Notes: generated from the letters alone by a model not told the origin. A DNA stretch of 64,000 nt from Candidatus Anderseniibacteriota bacterium (GCA_046350855.1 JAXLZM010000002.1:78103-142102), one strand, 5' to 3'. Shown: positions 8,987 through 18,371, counted from the stretch's first letter. Translations and numbers: made by a program.

Positions 8987-10119
8987 AAACCCTCGAAATC
9001 AAACCAGCGCAACTCCCCACAAAAAAGCTCGAGGAGTGGCGCTATACCGATGTGAGTGCATTGGCGGCAACCTACACGCTGCCGCCCATAACGCCAGCAC
9101 GTAGTAATAGTGCCGCAGGGGAGAACAACGTACTTTTTGTTGATGGACTACTGGTCAGCAAAAACCTGCCCAAAGGCGTCACTATTTCCAAACAAACCGC
9201 TGCCACATCACAGCCTGATGCCAACGCAATCGCTGCTGTAACCCCTGCCACTTTTTTTGAACAACTCGGCTCCAATGTTCCCGGCTACAAGCTAACAATC
9301 TCCGCCGGTCTTACACTCGCTGAACCATTGGTCGTTTGCTATCAGCAAAAAACGAGCGGTACCTTGGTTCGACCACGCTTGGCCATCACGATTGGCAAAG
9401 GAGCTGCGATAAAACTGATTGAGCGTGTCGAGGATCAACCAGATACAAAGCTGCTCGCAACCACGAGCGTCACCATCGATCTTGCGCAAGATGCACGGCT
9501 CGCCCACCAGATAGAGCAAATCGGATCGAGTGCCGCCGCACATATTCAATCACGCATCGTCACGCTCAAAAAAAATGCCAATTACGATTTGACCCTGCTC
9601 TCCTGGGGCGCAACCCTTGGCCGACAGTCGCTCAAAGTACAGCTCACTGAGCCGGGCGCCCAGGCTGACTTGCGTGGTGTCTACATTGCACGCGCCACGA
9701 CCCAGAGCGATTACCAAATCGAAGTCGACCACCAAGCGCCTGAGACCAGTTCGAGCCAATCATTTAGAGGAACGGTCTCTGGCACGGGCAAAGCCGTCTT
9801 TAGCGGCAAGATTATTGTCAGGCCCGAAGCAAAAAATGCGCGCGCGCATCAACTCAATAAAACGTTGCTGCTGGATACGACCGCGCAGATGTTCACCCGG
9901 CCACAATTGCAAATCGAAACCGACAAAGTGCGCTGCAGTCACGGGGCCAGCATCGGACGGATTAGTGCCGAGTCACTTTTTTATCTGACTAGTCGCGGGC
10001 TAACACCTGAGCTAGCACGCAAGCAGCTCGTTGGAGCTTTTTTACGAGCTGATCTATCTGGTGTCTTACTCGCCGATACTTTGCCGATCGTAGACGCCCA
10101 GATTGCGAGGGGCGTATGA
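8983..10119 (+). CDS. sufD: Fe-S cluster assembly protein SufD
   Basis: 378 aa, overlaps the sufC stop by 4 nt. C-terminal 'ETDKVRCSHGASIGRISAESLFYLTSRGL' is typical of the SufB/SufD family. Confidence 0.8.
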   Translation: MKTLEIKPAQLPTKKLEEWRYTDVSALAATYTLPPITPARSNSAAGENNVLFVDGLLVSKNLPKGVTISKQTAATSQPDANAIAAVTPATFFEQLGSNVPGYKLTISAGLTLAEPLVVCYQQKTSGTLVRPRLAITIGKGAAIKLIERVEDQPDTKLLATTSVTIDLAQDARLAHQIEQIGSSAAAHIQSRIVTLKKNANYDLTLLSWGATLGRQSLKVQLTEPGAQADLRGVYIARATTQSDYQIEVDHQAPETSSSQSFRGTVSGTGKAVFSGKIIVRPEAKNARAHQLNKTLLLDTTAQMFTRPQLQIETDKVRCSHGASIGRISAESLFYLTSRGLTPELARKQLVGAFLRADLSGVLLADTLPIVDAQIARGV

Positions 10120-11354
10120 ACCAGGTACCCTTCCAGCGCGCAGATTTCCCAATCCTAGCCACCAAAGTCAGCGGTACACCGCTGGTGTATCTCGACAACG
10201 CGGCCACCAGTCAAAAACCGCGTGCAGTCCTCACAGCCGAGGCTAATTTTTATGAACACAACAACGCTAACGTGCATCGTGGCGTGCATGCTCTGAGTGT
10301 GCGTGCGACCAAAGCATACGAGGCAGCTCGTCAAACGGTGCAGCGTTTTATCGGTGCTGCGGACTCGCGCGAAATTATTTTTACGCGCGGCACCACCGAC
10401 TCTCTCAACTTTTTGGCAGACTCACTTGGATCCACATTCAAACCAGGCGATGAGATCGTTATTTCTGCCCTCGAACATCATTCCAATATCGTTCCGTGGC
10501 AGGTCATCGCTAAAAAAACCGGGGCCAAGCTTATCGTTTGGTCATTGCCCCTCTCGCTATCTGGCCTCAAATCACTTCTCAACGAGCACACAAAAATCGT
10601 TGCGATCGCGCATGTTTCTAACGTCCTCGGAACGGTTCTGCCAGTAAAAAAGATTGCCGATCTTGCGCACAAATACAACGCTCAGCTGATCGTCGACGGA
10701 GCACAAGCGGTTGGTCACCTACCCGTGGATGTCCAAGCACTCGACGCAGATTATTACGTTTTCTCGGGTCACAAAGTATACGGACCGACGGGTATCGGCG
10801 TTTTGTACGGCAGGTTGCGGCTCTTGGAGCACCTCTCACCCTATCAAACTGGGGGAGATATGGTTGCTACGGTTTCGTTTACTAACACGACCTATGCCGA
10901 ATTGCCCGCACGACTTGAGGCCGGGACTCCCAATGTTGCTGGTGCGGTCGGACTCGCTGCAGCCCTCGAGTACATCAACGCAAACGGCATCAACACAATC
11001 GCCAAGCACGAGTACACTCTGACAGAACAAGCGCGTATCAAACTCTCACACATCGCGGGCGTCAAATTGGTCGAACTACCAGACGGCAAACTATCCGCAG
11101 GCACCCTGTCCACAACCGGCATCGCCTCGTTTGTTGTCGAGGGCGTGCACCCACATGATCTGGGAACACTTCTTGATCAAGAAGGTGTTGCGATCCGGAC
11201 AGGCCTACTCTGCGCAGAACCACTCATCCGAGCCCTCGGCTACGACGCGGTTTGTCGCGCATCCTTTGCTGGTTACAACACCGAGGCCGACGTCGACGCC
11301 TTGGTCAGCGCGGTTCAAAAAGCCATTACAAAACTCGCACCAAAAACAAAATGA
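10116..11354 (+). CDS. sufS: Cysteine desulfurase SufS
   Basis: 'FSGHKVYGPTGIGVLYG' PLP-lysine motif and 'RTGLLCAEPL' active-site Cys loop. 4-nt overlap with sufD. Confidence 0.9.
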   Translation: MNQVPFQRADFPILATKVSGTPLVYLDNAATSQKPRAVLTAEANFYEHNNANVHRGVHALSVRATKAYEAARQTVQRFIGAADSREIIFTRGTTDSLNFLADSLGSTFKPGDEIVISALEHHSNIVPWQVIAKKTGAKLIVWSLPLSLSGLKSLLNEHTKIVAIAHVSNVLGTVLPVKKIADLAHKYNAQLIVDGAQAVGHLPVDVQALDADYYVFSGHKVYGPTGIGVLYGRLRLLEHLSPYQTGGDMVATVSFTNTTYAELPARLEAGTPNVAGAVGLAAALEYINANGINTIAKHEYTLTEQARIKLSHIAGVKLVELPDGKLSAGTLSTTGIASFVVEGVHPHDLGTLLDQEGVAIRTGLLCAEPLIRALGYDAVCRASFAGYNTEADVDALVSAVQKAITKLAPKTK

Positions 11355-11806
11355 GTGACGAACTCTACCAAGAACTACTCCTCGAGCACGCCAAATCGCC
11401 TCGCAATGCGCGATCGATTGCCGATGCGCTCTCAACCGAGGAGCACAACATCCTCTGCGGCGACGCGGTTACGGTCTACGTGCAGTTGCGCGACAACAAG
11501 ATTGTCGACATCTCGTGTGTCGCACACGGCTGTGTGTTGTCTAAAGCCTCGGCTTCGCTTTTGACCGAGACGCTTAAGGACCTGTCAGTTGAACAAGCGC
11601 TCCAGGTAATTGAGTCCGTGCAACGTTCTGCCACGGGTGAACACACTGCAGAAGATCGCACCGCGCTACCCGAAGAACTAAAAGTCCTGGCAGGCGTTGC
11701 GCAGTACCCCGCCCGCGTTAAGTGCGTGACGATGGTGTGGCACGCCGCTAAAAAACTTCTCATGAGCGAACCCGCAGCAGTTCCACCACAAAATCATGCA
11801 GCTTAG
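11351..11806 (+). CDS. sufU: SufU/NifU-like Fe-S scaffold / sulfur acceptor
   Basis: Start ATG overlaps the sufS stop (ATGA). 'PRNARSIAD…HNILCGDAVTVYVQL' and 'CVAHGCVLSKASAS' are conserved Cys motifs of SufU/IscU-like proteins. Confidence 0.8.
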   Translation: MSDELYQELLLEHAKSPRNARSIADALSTEEHNILCGDAVTVYVQLRDNKIVDISCVAHGCVLSKASASLLTETLKDLSVEQALQVIESVQRSATGEHTAEDRTALPEELKVLAGVAQYPARVKCVTMVWHAAKKLLMSEPAAVPPQNHAA

Positions 11807-12350
11807 TACGCCACGCAAAGTAAAAAAGAATATTTCTGGCTGGTTGGTGCCGGCCGGCGTCCCGCAAACTCTAAAAAAAGGCACGCAGGTAGAAGTCATG
11901 CAAGCTTTGGGAGACACCATCACCCTCGCTACTGCTGATGGTCGACTGGTGCGGGTAGATGCGGAGTTCGCCCCGTGTATTGGGCTCAAAGCGAGCGACA
12001 TCAATGCGATGCCGCTACCCGAGGCGCCCAAAAACCAATCGATTGAGTCGCAAGTGCTCGACCAACTGCGGACCTGCTACGACCCTGAGATTCCGGTCAA
12101 CATCGTCGAGCTTGGTCTGATCTATAAGTACGAGATTAAGGGAACCAAAAAAACCGGCTACACAATATCGGTCACCATGACGCTCACGGCAGTAGGGTGT
12201 GGTATGGGAGAAGTCATTGCTCGAGAAATCGAAGCCAAAATCAAGCGCCTCCCGTACGTCAAAAGCTGCAAAGCGACCGTAACCTTTGACCCGCCTTGGG
12301 ATCAGAGTCGCATGTCGGAGGCGGCTCGGCTCCAGCTCGGCTTGCTCTAG
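11796..12350 (+). CDS. DUF59 (MIP18/SufT-like) Fe-S assembly protein with N-terminal extension
   Basis: C-terminal 'VLDQLRTCYDPEIPVNIVELGLIY…TMTLTAVGCGMGEVI…VTFDPPW' is the DUF59 signature. It sits last in the suf cluster. Confidence 0.7.
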   Translation: MQLSTPRKVKKNISGWLVPAGVPQTLKKGTQVEVMQALGDTITLATADGRLVRVDAEFAPCIGLKASDINAMPLPEAPKNQSIESQVLDQLRTCYDPEIPVNIVELGLIYKYEIKGTKKTGYTISVTMTLTAVGCGMGEVIAREIEAKIKRLPYVKSCKATVTFDPPWDQSRMSEAARLQLGLL

Positions 12351-12356
12351 CCGCCG

Positions 12357-12692
12357 TTAGCGCGCCACCCAGATCGCACCGTCGCGCACCTCAACCGCAA
12401 AGCTCTCCAGTGCTTCTTTGGCCGGTCCGTTGAGTACGGTTCCATCTAGATTGTACCGGCTGCCATGACACGGGCAGTCAATACTTTTGCGATCCCCTTT
12501 AAATTGTACGATGCAACGGAGGTGTGTGCAGATTGCGGTCAGAGCGCGCAGCTTGCCATCTTGCTTGAGCAGCACCGTATGCACATCGCCGACCGTACCA
12601 ACCATTCCGGCCCCCTCCGCAATGTCCGCAAACCTAACAGCATCTCGCATCGGGCTTAAAAATGGCTTAAATTCTGGTTTTACGTCCGTCAT
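12357..12692 (-). CDS. Rieske [2Fe-2S] domain protein
   Basis: 'CTHLRC' … 'CPCHGSRY' Rieske boxes. The ORF as called extends to 12803, but a start at 'MTDVKPEF' (about 12692) is more likely. Confidence 0.7.
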   Translation of the reverse strand: MTDVKPEFKPFLSPMRDAVRFADIAEGAGMVGTVGDVHTVLLKQDGKLRALTAICTHLRCIVQFKGDRKSIDCPCHGSRYNLDGTVLNGPAKEALESFAVEVRDGAIWVAR

Positions 12693-13596
12693 AGCCACAG
12701 TAAAACACAGAACGCCCCCCGAGAGGAGAGCGTTCTGTACTAGGAAGTGTTTCTTGCGACTGAGTATACCACCAGCTCTCACTCGCGTTACCCACATGTG
12801 CACAGCTCAGGACTCTAGTTTTGCTTGCAAAATAAAAATCGACCTCTCGGTGAGAGAGTGAGCGCTCGTTACGTTGTGTTTTTTTAAAATCGGCTGAACA
12901 CCAAACATGCTCGACTATTTTTTATAAAGAAAGAGGGGCTCGCTGCTGCGGGCCCCCTGGGGTTCTACTCGTTGTTGGGTTGTCGTCGCTAGTTCGGCTT
13001 GAAATGTCTCCAGCGCATGAGGTTGGTTCTTTCTGCCGGATTTTCTAGATCGGCGATCGGATGGTCAGGTGGCGCTCCCTGAAGCGTTTGAGGGGTCGAT
13101 CTGGCTTGGTGAGAATCCTGCGCTAGAACTAGGTTAGATCGTGGGCGCTCACCGTTGTTCCACTTATGGTCATGAGACCTACAGGTCTCCATTGGTTGGG
13201 GGTGATGCGCGACGTGTCGTTGCTAGTGAGGGCAGGAGTTTCTCGCCGCAGAGTCGAGTCTCAAGTTCGCTGTAGTCAGTGCGCTGCGCCTTGAGCTACT
13301 CAAAGTCGCACCGACGTGCGCTGGCTACGTGAACGGTCGGGAGAAGAACCGGGACGGGTTCTGCATCGACCTACGTACCTCCTTGATCTTATAGTGCCGA
13401 ACGAGTGAAGGAACAATCCTGTCTGAGGAGGGAAGGCTACGGAAGCTCCCCAAACGGATCATAGGAGGCTAGCAGACCAACCCGACTTTGTCAATAAGGC
13501 CCTACTCACAGCCGCTTGCGGGCGTAGTAAAGGATTGCTAAAAACAGCCCAGAGACTGCTCTTTAAAGTGGTAAACGCGATGAGTGAGGTACGGCC

Positions 13597-14172
13597 ATGG
13601 AAAGCACCTATAACCAACATCCCGTTGGTGAGTGTGCGCACTGTCACCTCACCAAACGTCTCCCACACAAACACCTCGGTGACCGGATTTGTGCTACCTG
13701 CTACAGGTTGGAGCACCCCCGGCCCCAACGACCGTGCCATACATGCAGCCGAGTCAGGCCAGTTGCTAAGCGCACCGCAGATGGACCGCTTTGTAAAACG
13801 TGCTACGACAAGCAGTACAAACCGCCCCGAGTGCGCTGCTCGCGTTGTCACAAGCGTCGGGCTTTGCAAATCAAAAATCCACGCTGTTGTGTAACGTGCT
13901 ACAAACAGTATCACTGGAAACGCAAGCGGCAGAAGTGCAGCGGCTGCGGTCGGATCCGTTCGGTCGTCAAGCGCACCTCCCTGGGTGAACCCCTCTGTAC
14001 GGGCTGTCGACAAAGTACGTATCAAGCCCCGTGTAGGCATTGTGCGCGATGTAATAAGCTCCGTCCTGTCGATATGTACGAGGCGGGCAAACCCATCTGC
14101 ACGAGTTGCGCAGCGGCCATCCGGAATTTTCAAAAAAAGCTTACTGAGATAGACCAACCAGCTTCCGCGTAA
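13597..14172 (+). CDS. Cys-rich protein with five tandem CxxC…CxxC zinc-ribbon-like repeats
   Basis: Repeats of the form 'C..C.R.RPV.KRT.DG.PLC..CY' occur five times. SD 'tgaggta' is 8 nt upstream of the ATG. A strong hairpin terminator follows the stop. Confidence 0.6.
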   Translation: MESTYNQHPVGECAHCHLTKRLPHKHLGDRICATCYRLEHPRPQRPCHTCSRVRPVAKRTADGPLCKTCYDKQYKPPRVRCSRCHKRRALQIKNPRCCVTCYKQYHWKRKRQKCSGCGRIRSVVKRTSLGEPLCTGCRQSTYQAPCRHCARCNKLRPVDMYEAGKPICTSCAAAIRNFQKKLTEIDQPASA

Positions 14173-14205
14173 CCCCGTGCGACTAGTCGCACGGGGTTCT
14201 TTTGT
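14173..14205 (+). terminator. Rho-independent terminator
   Basis: 'ccccgtgcgactagtcgcacgggg' followed by 'ttctttt'. Confidence 0.5.
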
Positions 14206-14328
14206 GGGAGTGCCCAGGTCTTGACAAAAGTTGTCAAATACGCTACTGTGCCCGTCGACTAGTAGTTTGCCGAGGCACACAGTGACCCCAAACAAACAGT
14301 AGTCGGTTAACAAGTAATAGGAAATCAC

Positions 14329-14508
14329 GTGTCCTTCGACAACGATCGCGGTGGGCAAGGTGGATTCCGACGTCAAATGGTCCAGGGTAACTGGAAGTGC
14401 AGCAACTGCGGCACCGAAATTACCCAGCTCCCATTTGAACCAGACGGTCAGCGTCCGGTGTATTGTCGGGATTGCCACGCCCAGCGCCGCGCAGAGCGCG
14501 GTCGCTAA
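14329..14508 (+). CDS. Small zinc-ribbon protein (CxxC-x19-CxxC)
   Basis: 'taatAGGAAAtcacGTG' RBS and start. Product '…MVQGNWKCSNCGTEITQLPFEPDGQRPVYCRDCHAQRRAERGR'. Alternative ATG at 14377. Strong terminator downstream. Missed by the ≥60-aa ORF track. Confidence 0.45.
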   Translation: MSFDNDRGGQGGFRRQMVQGNWKCSNCGTEITQLPFEPDGQRPVYCRDCHAQRRAERGR

Positions 14509-14518
14509 CGCGACCAAG

Positions 14519-14548
14519 ACCGCCCCTTTATCGGGGCGGTTTTGTTTT
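14519..14548 (+). terminator. Rho-independent terminator
   Basis: 'gaccgcccctttatcggggcggttttgtttt'. Confidence 0.55.
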
Positions 14549-14629
14549 ATACTGAACCAGTCGAGTACGACCGGTTCTTTTGCTACTTCTCAGTAACTAC
14601 AGATAACGGTTCATCCGTAAGGAGCGCAT

Positions 14630-15355
14630 ATGATCGCACCGACTCCAACGACCATGACCATCCCTTGGCGATCTCTGCGCGGGATCGTCTTTGATATGGA
14701 TGGGGTCTTGTTTGATACCGAGCCCCTCAACCAGCAGGCCGAACAGCACATCTGCCAAACCCGTGGGTGGGATATTCCCGAGCGGGAGTGGCAGCACCTC
14801 AGGGGTAAAACCAACCACTCCGTCTTTACGCATCTTTTACAAGTGGCCCGGGTTGCTGCCACCGAGGAGTTGCTGGATGAACTAATCCAGCAAAAGCGCG
14901 CAGAGTTTTTACGGTTAGCCGCCACTGCTCAACCGATCAAAGGCGCCCTCGCCTTTGTGCGGCGAGTGAGGTTACTCTATGAGCGATTGGCGCTGACGAC
15001 ATCCAGTAATCGTCTTGTGCAGCAGGCCTTGTGTGAACGGTTTTTGCTGGCGGAGATCTTTGATACGGTCGTCACCGGTGACGATGTTCCGCGCGGTAAG
15101 GGCAAGCCCGACCCGACACCGTACCTGCTCACCATTAGCCGCCTCTGGCTGGATCCTAGGTTGCTCTGCGCTGTCGAGGATTCACTAAACGGTGTCCGGT
15201 CAGCGCGTGCAGCCGGGTGCTTTGTGACCGGTCTCACGACGTCGTTTTCGCGGGCCGAACTAACTCAGGCCGGAGCACATCTCGTTGTCTCGAGCTTTGA
15301 GGAGCTAGCCACAGAGCTGGCTAGGTCACCTCATTCGGTGGTTCATCCATTTTAA
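14630..15355 (+). CDS. HAD-superfamily hydrolase (subfamily IA, beta-phosphoglucomutase-like)
   Basis: Motif I 'GIVFDMDGVLFDTEP', motif III/IV 'KGKPDP…AVEDSLNGVRSARAAG'. Confidence 0.8.
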   Translation: MIAPTPTTMTIPWRSLRGIVFDMDGVLFDTEPLNQQAEQHICQTRGWDIPEREWQHLRGKTNHSVFTHLLQVARVAATEELLDELIQQKRAEFLRLAATAQPIKGALAFVRRVRLLYERLALTTSSNRLVQQALCERFLLAEIFDTVVTGDDVPRGKGKPDPTPYLLTISRLWLDPRLLCAVEDSLNGVRSARAAGCFVTGLTTSFSRAELTQAGAHLVVSSFEELATELARSPHSVVHPF

Positions 15356-15390
15356 GCTAGATCAGGACTACACGAATACAGTACTAAAGG

Positions 15391-15413
15391 CCGCGCTCTA
15401 CGAGCGCGGCCTG
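15391..15413 (+). terminator. Hairpin terminator after the HAD hydrolase gene
   Basis: 'ggccgcgctctacgagcgcggcc' followed by 'tgttctctct'. Confidence 0.45.
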
Positions 15414-15859
15414 TTCTCTCTGTGCGCACTAAAAAAGGCCATAAAAATAAAAGCCGGGGTAGAGGTGTCACTCTACCCCGGAGTCAACGATCACCCTCTC
15501 CGTAAGGTTAAGGTGTGACCGGACGTGGAGGAACCTGGGAGGAGTAAGACCTCCTACAGAGTCTCTGGTCAGCAAGGTATCCCGACAACATGCTCTGTTC
15601 CACACGGACAGGTTCCATTGAAGTAATGCGCTGCAAAAAAGGTTAAGACCCGTTCCCCTGGGTTATGAGGAAGTTTTAGGATTGGGTTAGTTAGACCCTT
15701 TGCCAAAGGAACGGGTGCTGACGGAGGGAGGGAGAAGAGATGAAGTTCACCCGACTGCCGTAAGCGTCGCCAGGCTAGCAAATCTCGTCGGGCTGTCAAG
15801 GATTGTGCCAAAACAAAAAACGCCACGCGCTAACGCGAGGCCAAACAGTGGTTGGTGGT

Positions 15860-15932
15860 AGTCCCATCGGGATTCGAACCCGAGTTTTCTGGCTGAAAAC
15901 CAGACGTCCTAGGCCAGGCTAGACGATGAGAC
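15860..15932 (-). tRNA. tRNA-Glu (anticodon TTC)
   Basis: Reverse complement 'GTCTCATCGTCTAGCCTGGCCTAGGACGTCTGGTTTTCAGCCAGAAAACTCGGGTTCGAATCCCGATGGGACT'. Acceptor stem GTCTCAT/ATGGGAC, D-arm like E. coli tRNA-Glu, anticodon loop TTTTCAG, T-arm 'GGGTTCGAATCCC'. CCA not encoded. Confidence 0.85.
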
Positions 15933-15954
15933 CAGACTACGCTAAGAAGCTACC

Positions 15955-17031
15955 ATGCTCATCCTCGGAATTGAAAGTAGCTGCGACGAAACCGCCGCCG
16001 CCGTGGTCAACGGTCGGCTGGACGTGCTGGCCTCGGTCGTCTCCAGTCAGATCGACCTGCATCGGGTCACGCACGGCGTAGTCCCTGAGGTAGCCGCCCG
16101 CGCCCACACCGAAAAAATCCTGCCGGTCATCCATACCTGTCTGCGCAAAGCCCAGGTTGAACCGCGCGAACTCGACGCCATCGCCGTGACCCGCGGCCCG
16201 GGCCTCATCACCTCTCTCCTGGTCGGACTAGAGACCGCCAAAGCCCTTAGTTTTGCGCTCGGGGTTCCCCTCATTGGGGTGAACCATATCGAAGGGCATG
16301 TCCTCTCTAACTTACTGATGCGCCCCAAAAAATCACAGAGTGGTTTGCGCTTTGAAAAAAAGCGCTTGCCGCTCGTGGTACTGACGGTCTCAGGGGGACA
16401 CACCGAGTTGATCCTGTTGCAAGAGCTTGGTCGTTACAAATTGCTTGGTCGAACCCGCGACGATGCTGCCGGCGAGGCTTTTGATAAGGTCGCGCGCTTA
16501 CTGGACCTGCCCTATCCGGGTGGCCCGGCGATTGGCAAGCAAGCCGAGCAGGGTGACGCCACCCGTTTTGTGTTTCCGCGTCCGATGCTCAGTGCTCCTA
16601 ATTTTGACTTTTCGTTTGCTGGTCTCAAGACGGCCGTGGCACGCGAGGTGGAGCGCTTACCTAAAAAAGCTCGTAGCGGTCGCACCTGGCAGCAGCTCGT
16701 CCCGGACATCGCGGCCAGCTTTGAACAAGCCGTGGTTGACACGTTACTCGGCAAAGCCTTTAGAGCACTCCAAAACTACCAGGCCAAAGAGCTCTGGATC
16801 GTGGGAGGAGTTGCGGCTAACCAGCGTCTACGCACCCAAGCAGCGGCCCGAGCAAAAAAAGGACTGGACGGCCGTACGGTTCGTCTAGAGATCCCATCCT
16901 TTGAGTTTTGCACCGACAACGCCGTAATGATCGCAGCCGTTGGTGCACTCAAATACAAACAGAACCGGTTCGACCGGATCATCAACTTGCAAGCGGACCC
17001 CAACCTTGACCTAGTAGTGGTGCGCGGCTAA
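15955..17031 (+). CDS. tsaD: tRNA N6-adenosine threonylcarbamoyltransferase TsaD (Kae1/Gcp family)
   Basis: 'MLILGIESSCDETAAAVV', 'SGGVAAN', and His metal-binding motifs 'GVNHIEGH'. Confidence 0.9.
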   Translation: MLILGIESSCDETAAAVVNGRLDVLASVVSSQIDLHRVTHGVVPEVAARAHTEKILPVIHTCLRKAQVEPRELDAIAVTRGPGLITSLLVGLETAKALSFALGVPLIGVNHIEGHVLSNLLMRPKKSQSGLRFEKKRLPLVVLTVSGGHTELILLQELGRYKLLGRTRDDAAGEAFDKVARLLDLPYPGGPAIGKQAEQGDATRFVFPRPMLSAPNFDFSFAGLKTAVAREVERLPKKARSGRTWQQLVPDIAASFEQAVVDTLLGKAFRALQNYQAKELWIVGGVAANQRLRTQAAARAKKGLDGRTVRLEIPSFEFCTDNAVMIAAVGALKYKQNRFDRIINLQADPNLDLVVVRG

Positions 17032-17042
17032 CCTTAGAGCAC

Positions 17043-18371
17043 ATGGCTACTAGATCTTCCCGAGCCCTCTGGCTCTTGCCAACTATCCTGATCGGCATCG
17101 CGATTGCAGCGGCACTCGTGGCCTATTTTTTTGGTGATCAAATTGCAACTTTTGTCCACTACCGAGGACCGGGGGGCGATACTTCAGCCTCGATCGTAGC
17201 GATTGCCTGTACCGACCAAGGTGAGGATGGCAGCTGTGAGGGCGACAAAGGCCGTCTAGAAAACGTCCAGCTGGAGTTGACCCAGCCCAGTGGTGCGGTC
17301 TTGACCGGCAGCACGGATGCCAATGGCTTGCACCGTTTTGACAACGCCGAGTTTGGCAACAGCAGTCTCCTCGTGACCTTGCCTTTTCCGGGTCGCCTGA
17401 CCACCAGTAACCCCATCACCGTGATGGTCCCGGCCCCGACCGGTTCGAGCAGCTTTGAGGTCAATGTTTTTATTCCAGTCGCCCTCACGGGTGAGTCCAG
17501 CCTGAGTGCCGCGATCTCCTACGTTAACCCGCAACGCCCCGGGGCGCTCCTCGGTACGGCCAAACCGGTTACAGTCGAGACCGTCTACCCCGGTCAGACC
17601 ATCGGCGTCGAGATAGCCGTCAAAAATTTACAGCCCCTCTCCGGCAGAACCACCTTTACCATCATCGATGATTTTGACGATCAGTGTGTCGAGGCTGCCT
17701 CGGAGTTGTTCCCGGCTAACAGCTCGACCGATGGACGCAAGGTAACCTGGAAGCTCGACACGCAAGGCGCCAAAAATTTTGATCGGAACTTGCGCTATCA
17801 GATGCGGTTCAAGACCAGCTTGCCTGAGATCGATCCGCTCCTCTGTACCAACCGGGTCACGATTCTCTCAGCCGAGGGTGCTACGCTCGGCACCGCCACC
17901 GGAACGGTGCAAGTCCTGCCGCTACCCGCGGGACGCGGCGTTCTCGAAATGACCAAGCGTGTGACCGATCTCAACGGTGGCGCGATTAAAGCGGGTGACA
18001 AACTTCAGTACACCTTGGCCCTCACTAACATCGGTCTCTCGCAGGGTGTCACGACCTTACGGGATGATATGCCCGCCCTGGTCAGTGACCCCGTGCTCGT
18101 TACCGCCCCTGATCCGACCAAAGTGCAGGTCTCCAAGACCGGCGGCAAAAACGGAACCGGCTTTATCGAAATCAAAAATCTACTCATCCCAGTCACCAGC
18201 CAAGTCGGGGAACAAGTCACGATCAGCTTTACCGTCACGGTCAAATCCGATGCTAAAACCTTTGAGACGATCGACAACTACGTTACGGTGACGGGCGCCA
18301 AGGGTGCTTACGTCGAGGCCCGCAATCGCACCAAGGTCGGGCAAGTTCCCATTTTGATCAAGGCCCAGTAA
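17043..18371 (+). CDS. Membrane-anchored protein with DUF11-type conserved repeat domains
   Basis: N-terminal TM 'ALWLLPTILIGIAIAAALVAYFF'. Repeats resembling 'YTLALTNIGLSQGVTTLRDDMP' (DUF11 consensus). Confidence 0.5.
   Translation: MATRSSRALWLLPTILIGIAIAAALVAYFFGDQIATFVHYRGPGGDTSASIVAIACTDQGEDGSCEGDKGRLENVQLELTQPSGAVLTGSTDANGLHRFDNAEFGNSSLLVTLPFPGRLTTSNPITVMVPAPTGSSSFEVNVFIPVALTGESSLSAAISYVNPQRPGALLGTAKPVTVETVYPGQTIGVEIAVKNLQPLSGRTTFTIIDDFDDQCVEAASELFPANSSTDGRKVTWKLDTQGAKNFDRNLRYQMRFKTSLPEIDPLLCTNRVTILSAEGATLGTATGTVQVLPLPAGRGVLEMTKRVTDLNGGAIKAGDKLQYTLALTNIGLSQGVTTLRDDMPALVSDPVLVTAPDPTKVQVSKTGGKNGTGFIEIKNLLIPVTSQVGEQVTISFTVTVKSDAKTFETIDNYVTVTGAKGAYVEARNRTKVGQVPILIKAQ

Noticed and set aside
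12810-13596. tmRNA, RNase P RNA or SRP RNA in the long non-coding gap (also checked 15420–15859)
   Set aside because: No match was found to conserved cores on either strand: RNase P 'GGAAAGTCCGGGC' / 'ACAGAACCCGGCTTA', tmRNA tRNA-like 3' end 'TTCGAxTCC…CCACCA', or SRP 'GGAAGCAGCC'. The region is left as unassigned.
13459-14517. 352-aa minus-strand ORF spanning the zinc-ribbon locus
   Set aside because: It has Ala/Leu/Thr-rich low-complexity composition and no motifs. The plus strand carries a regular 5x Cys-repeat protein with RBS and terminator, so the minus ORF is judged a shadow.
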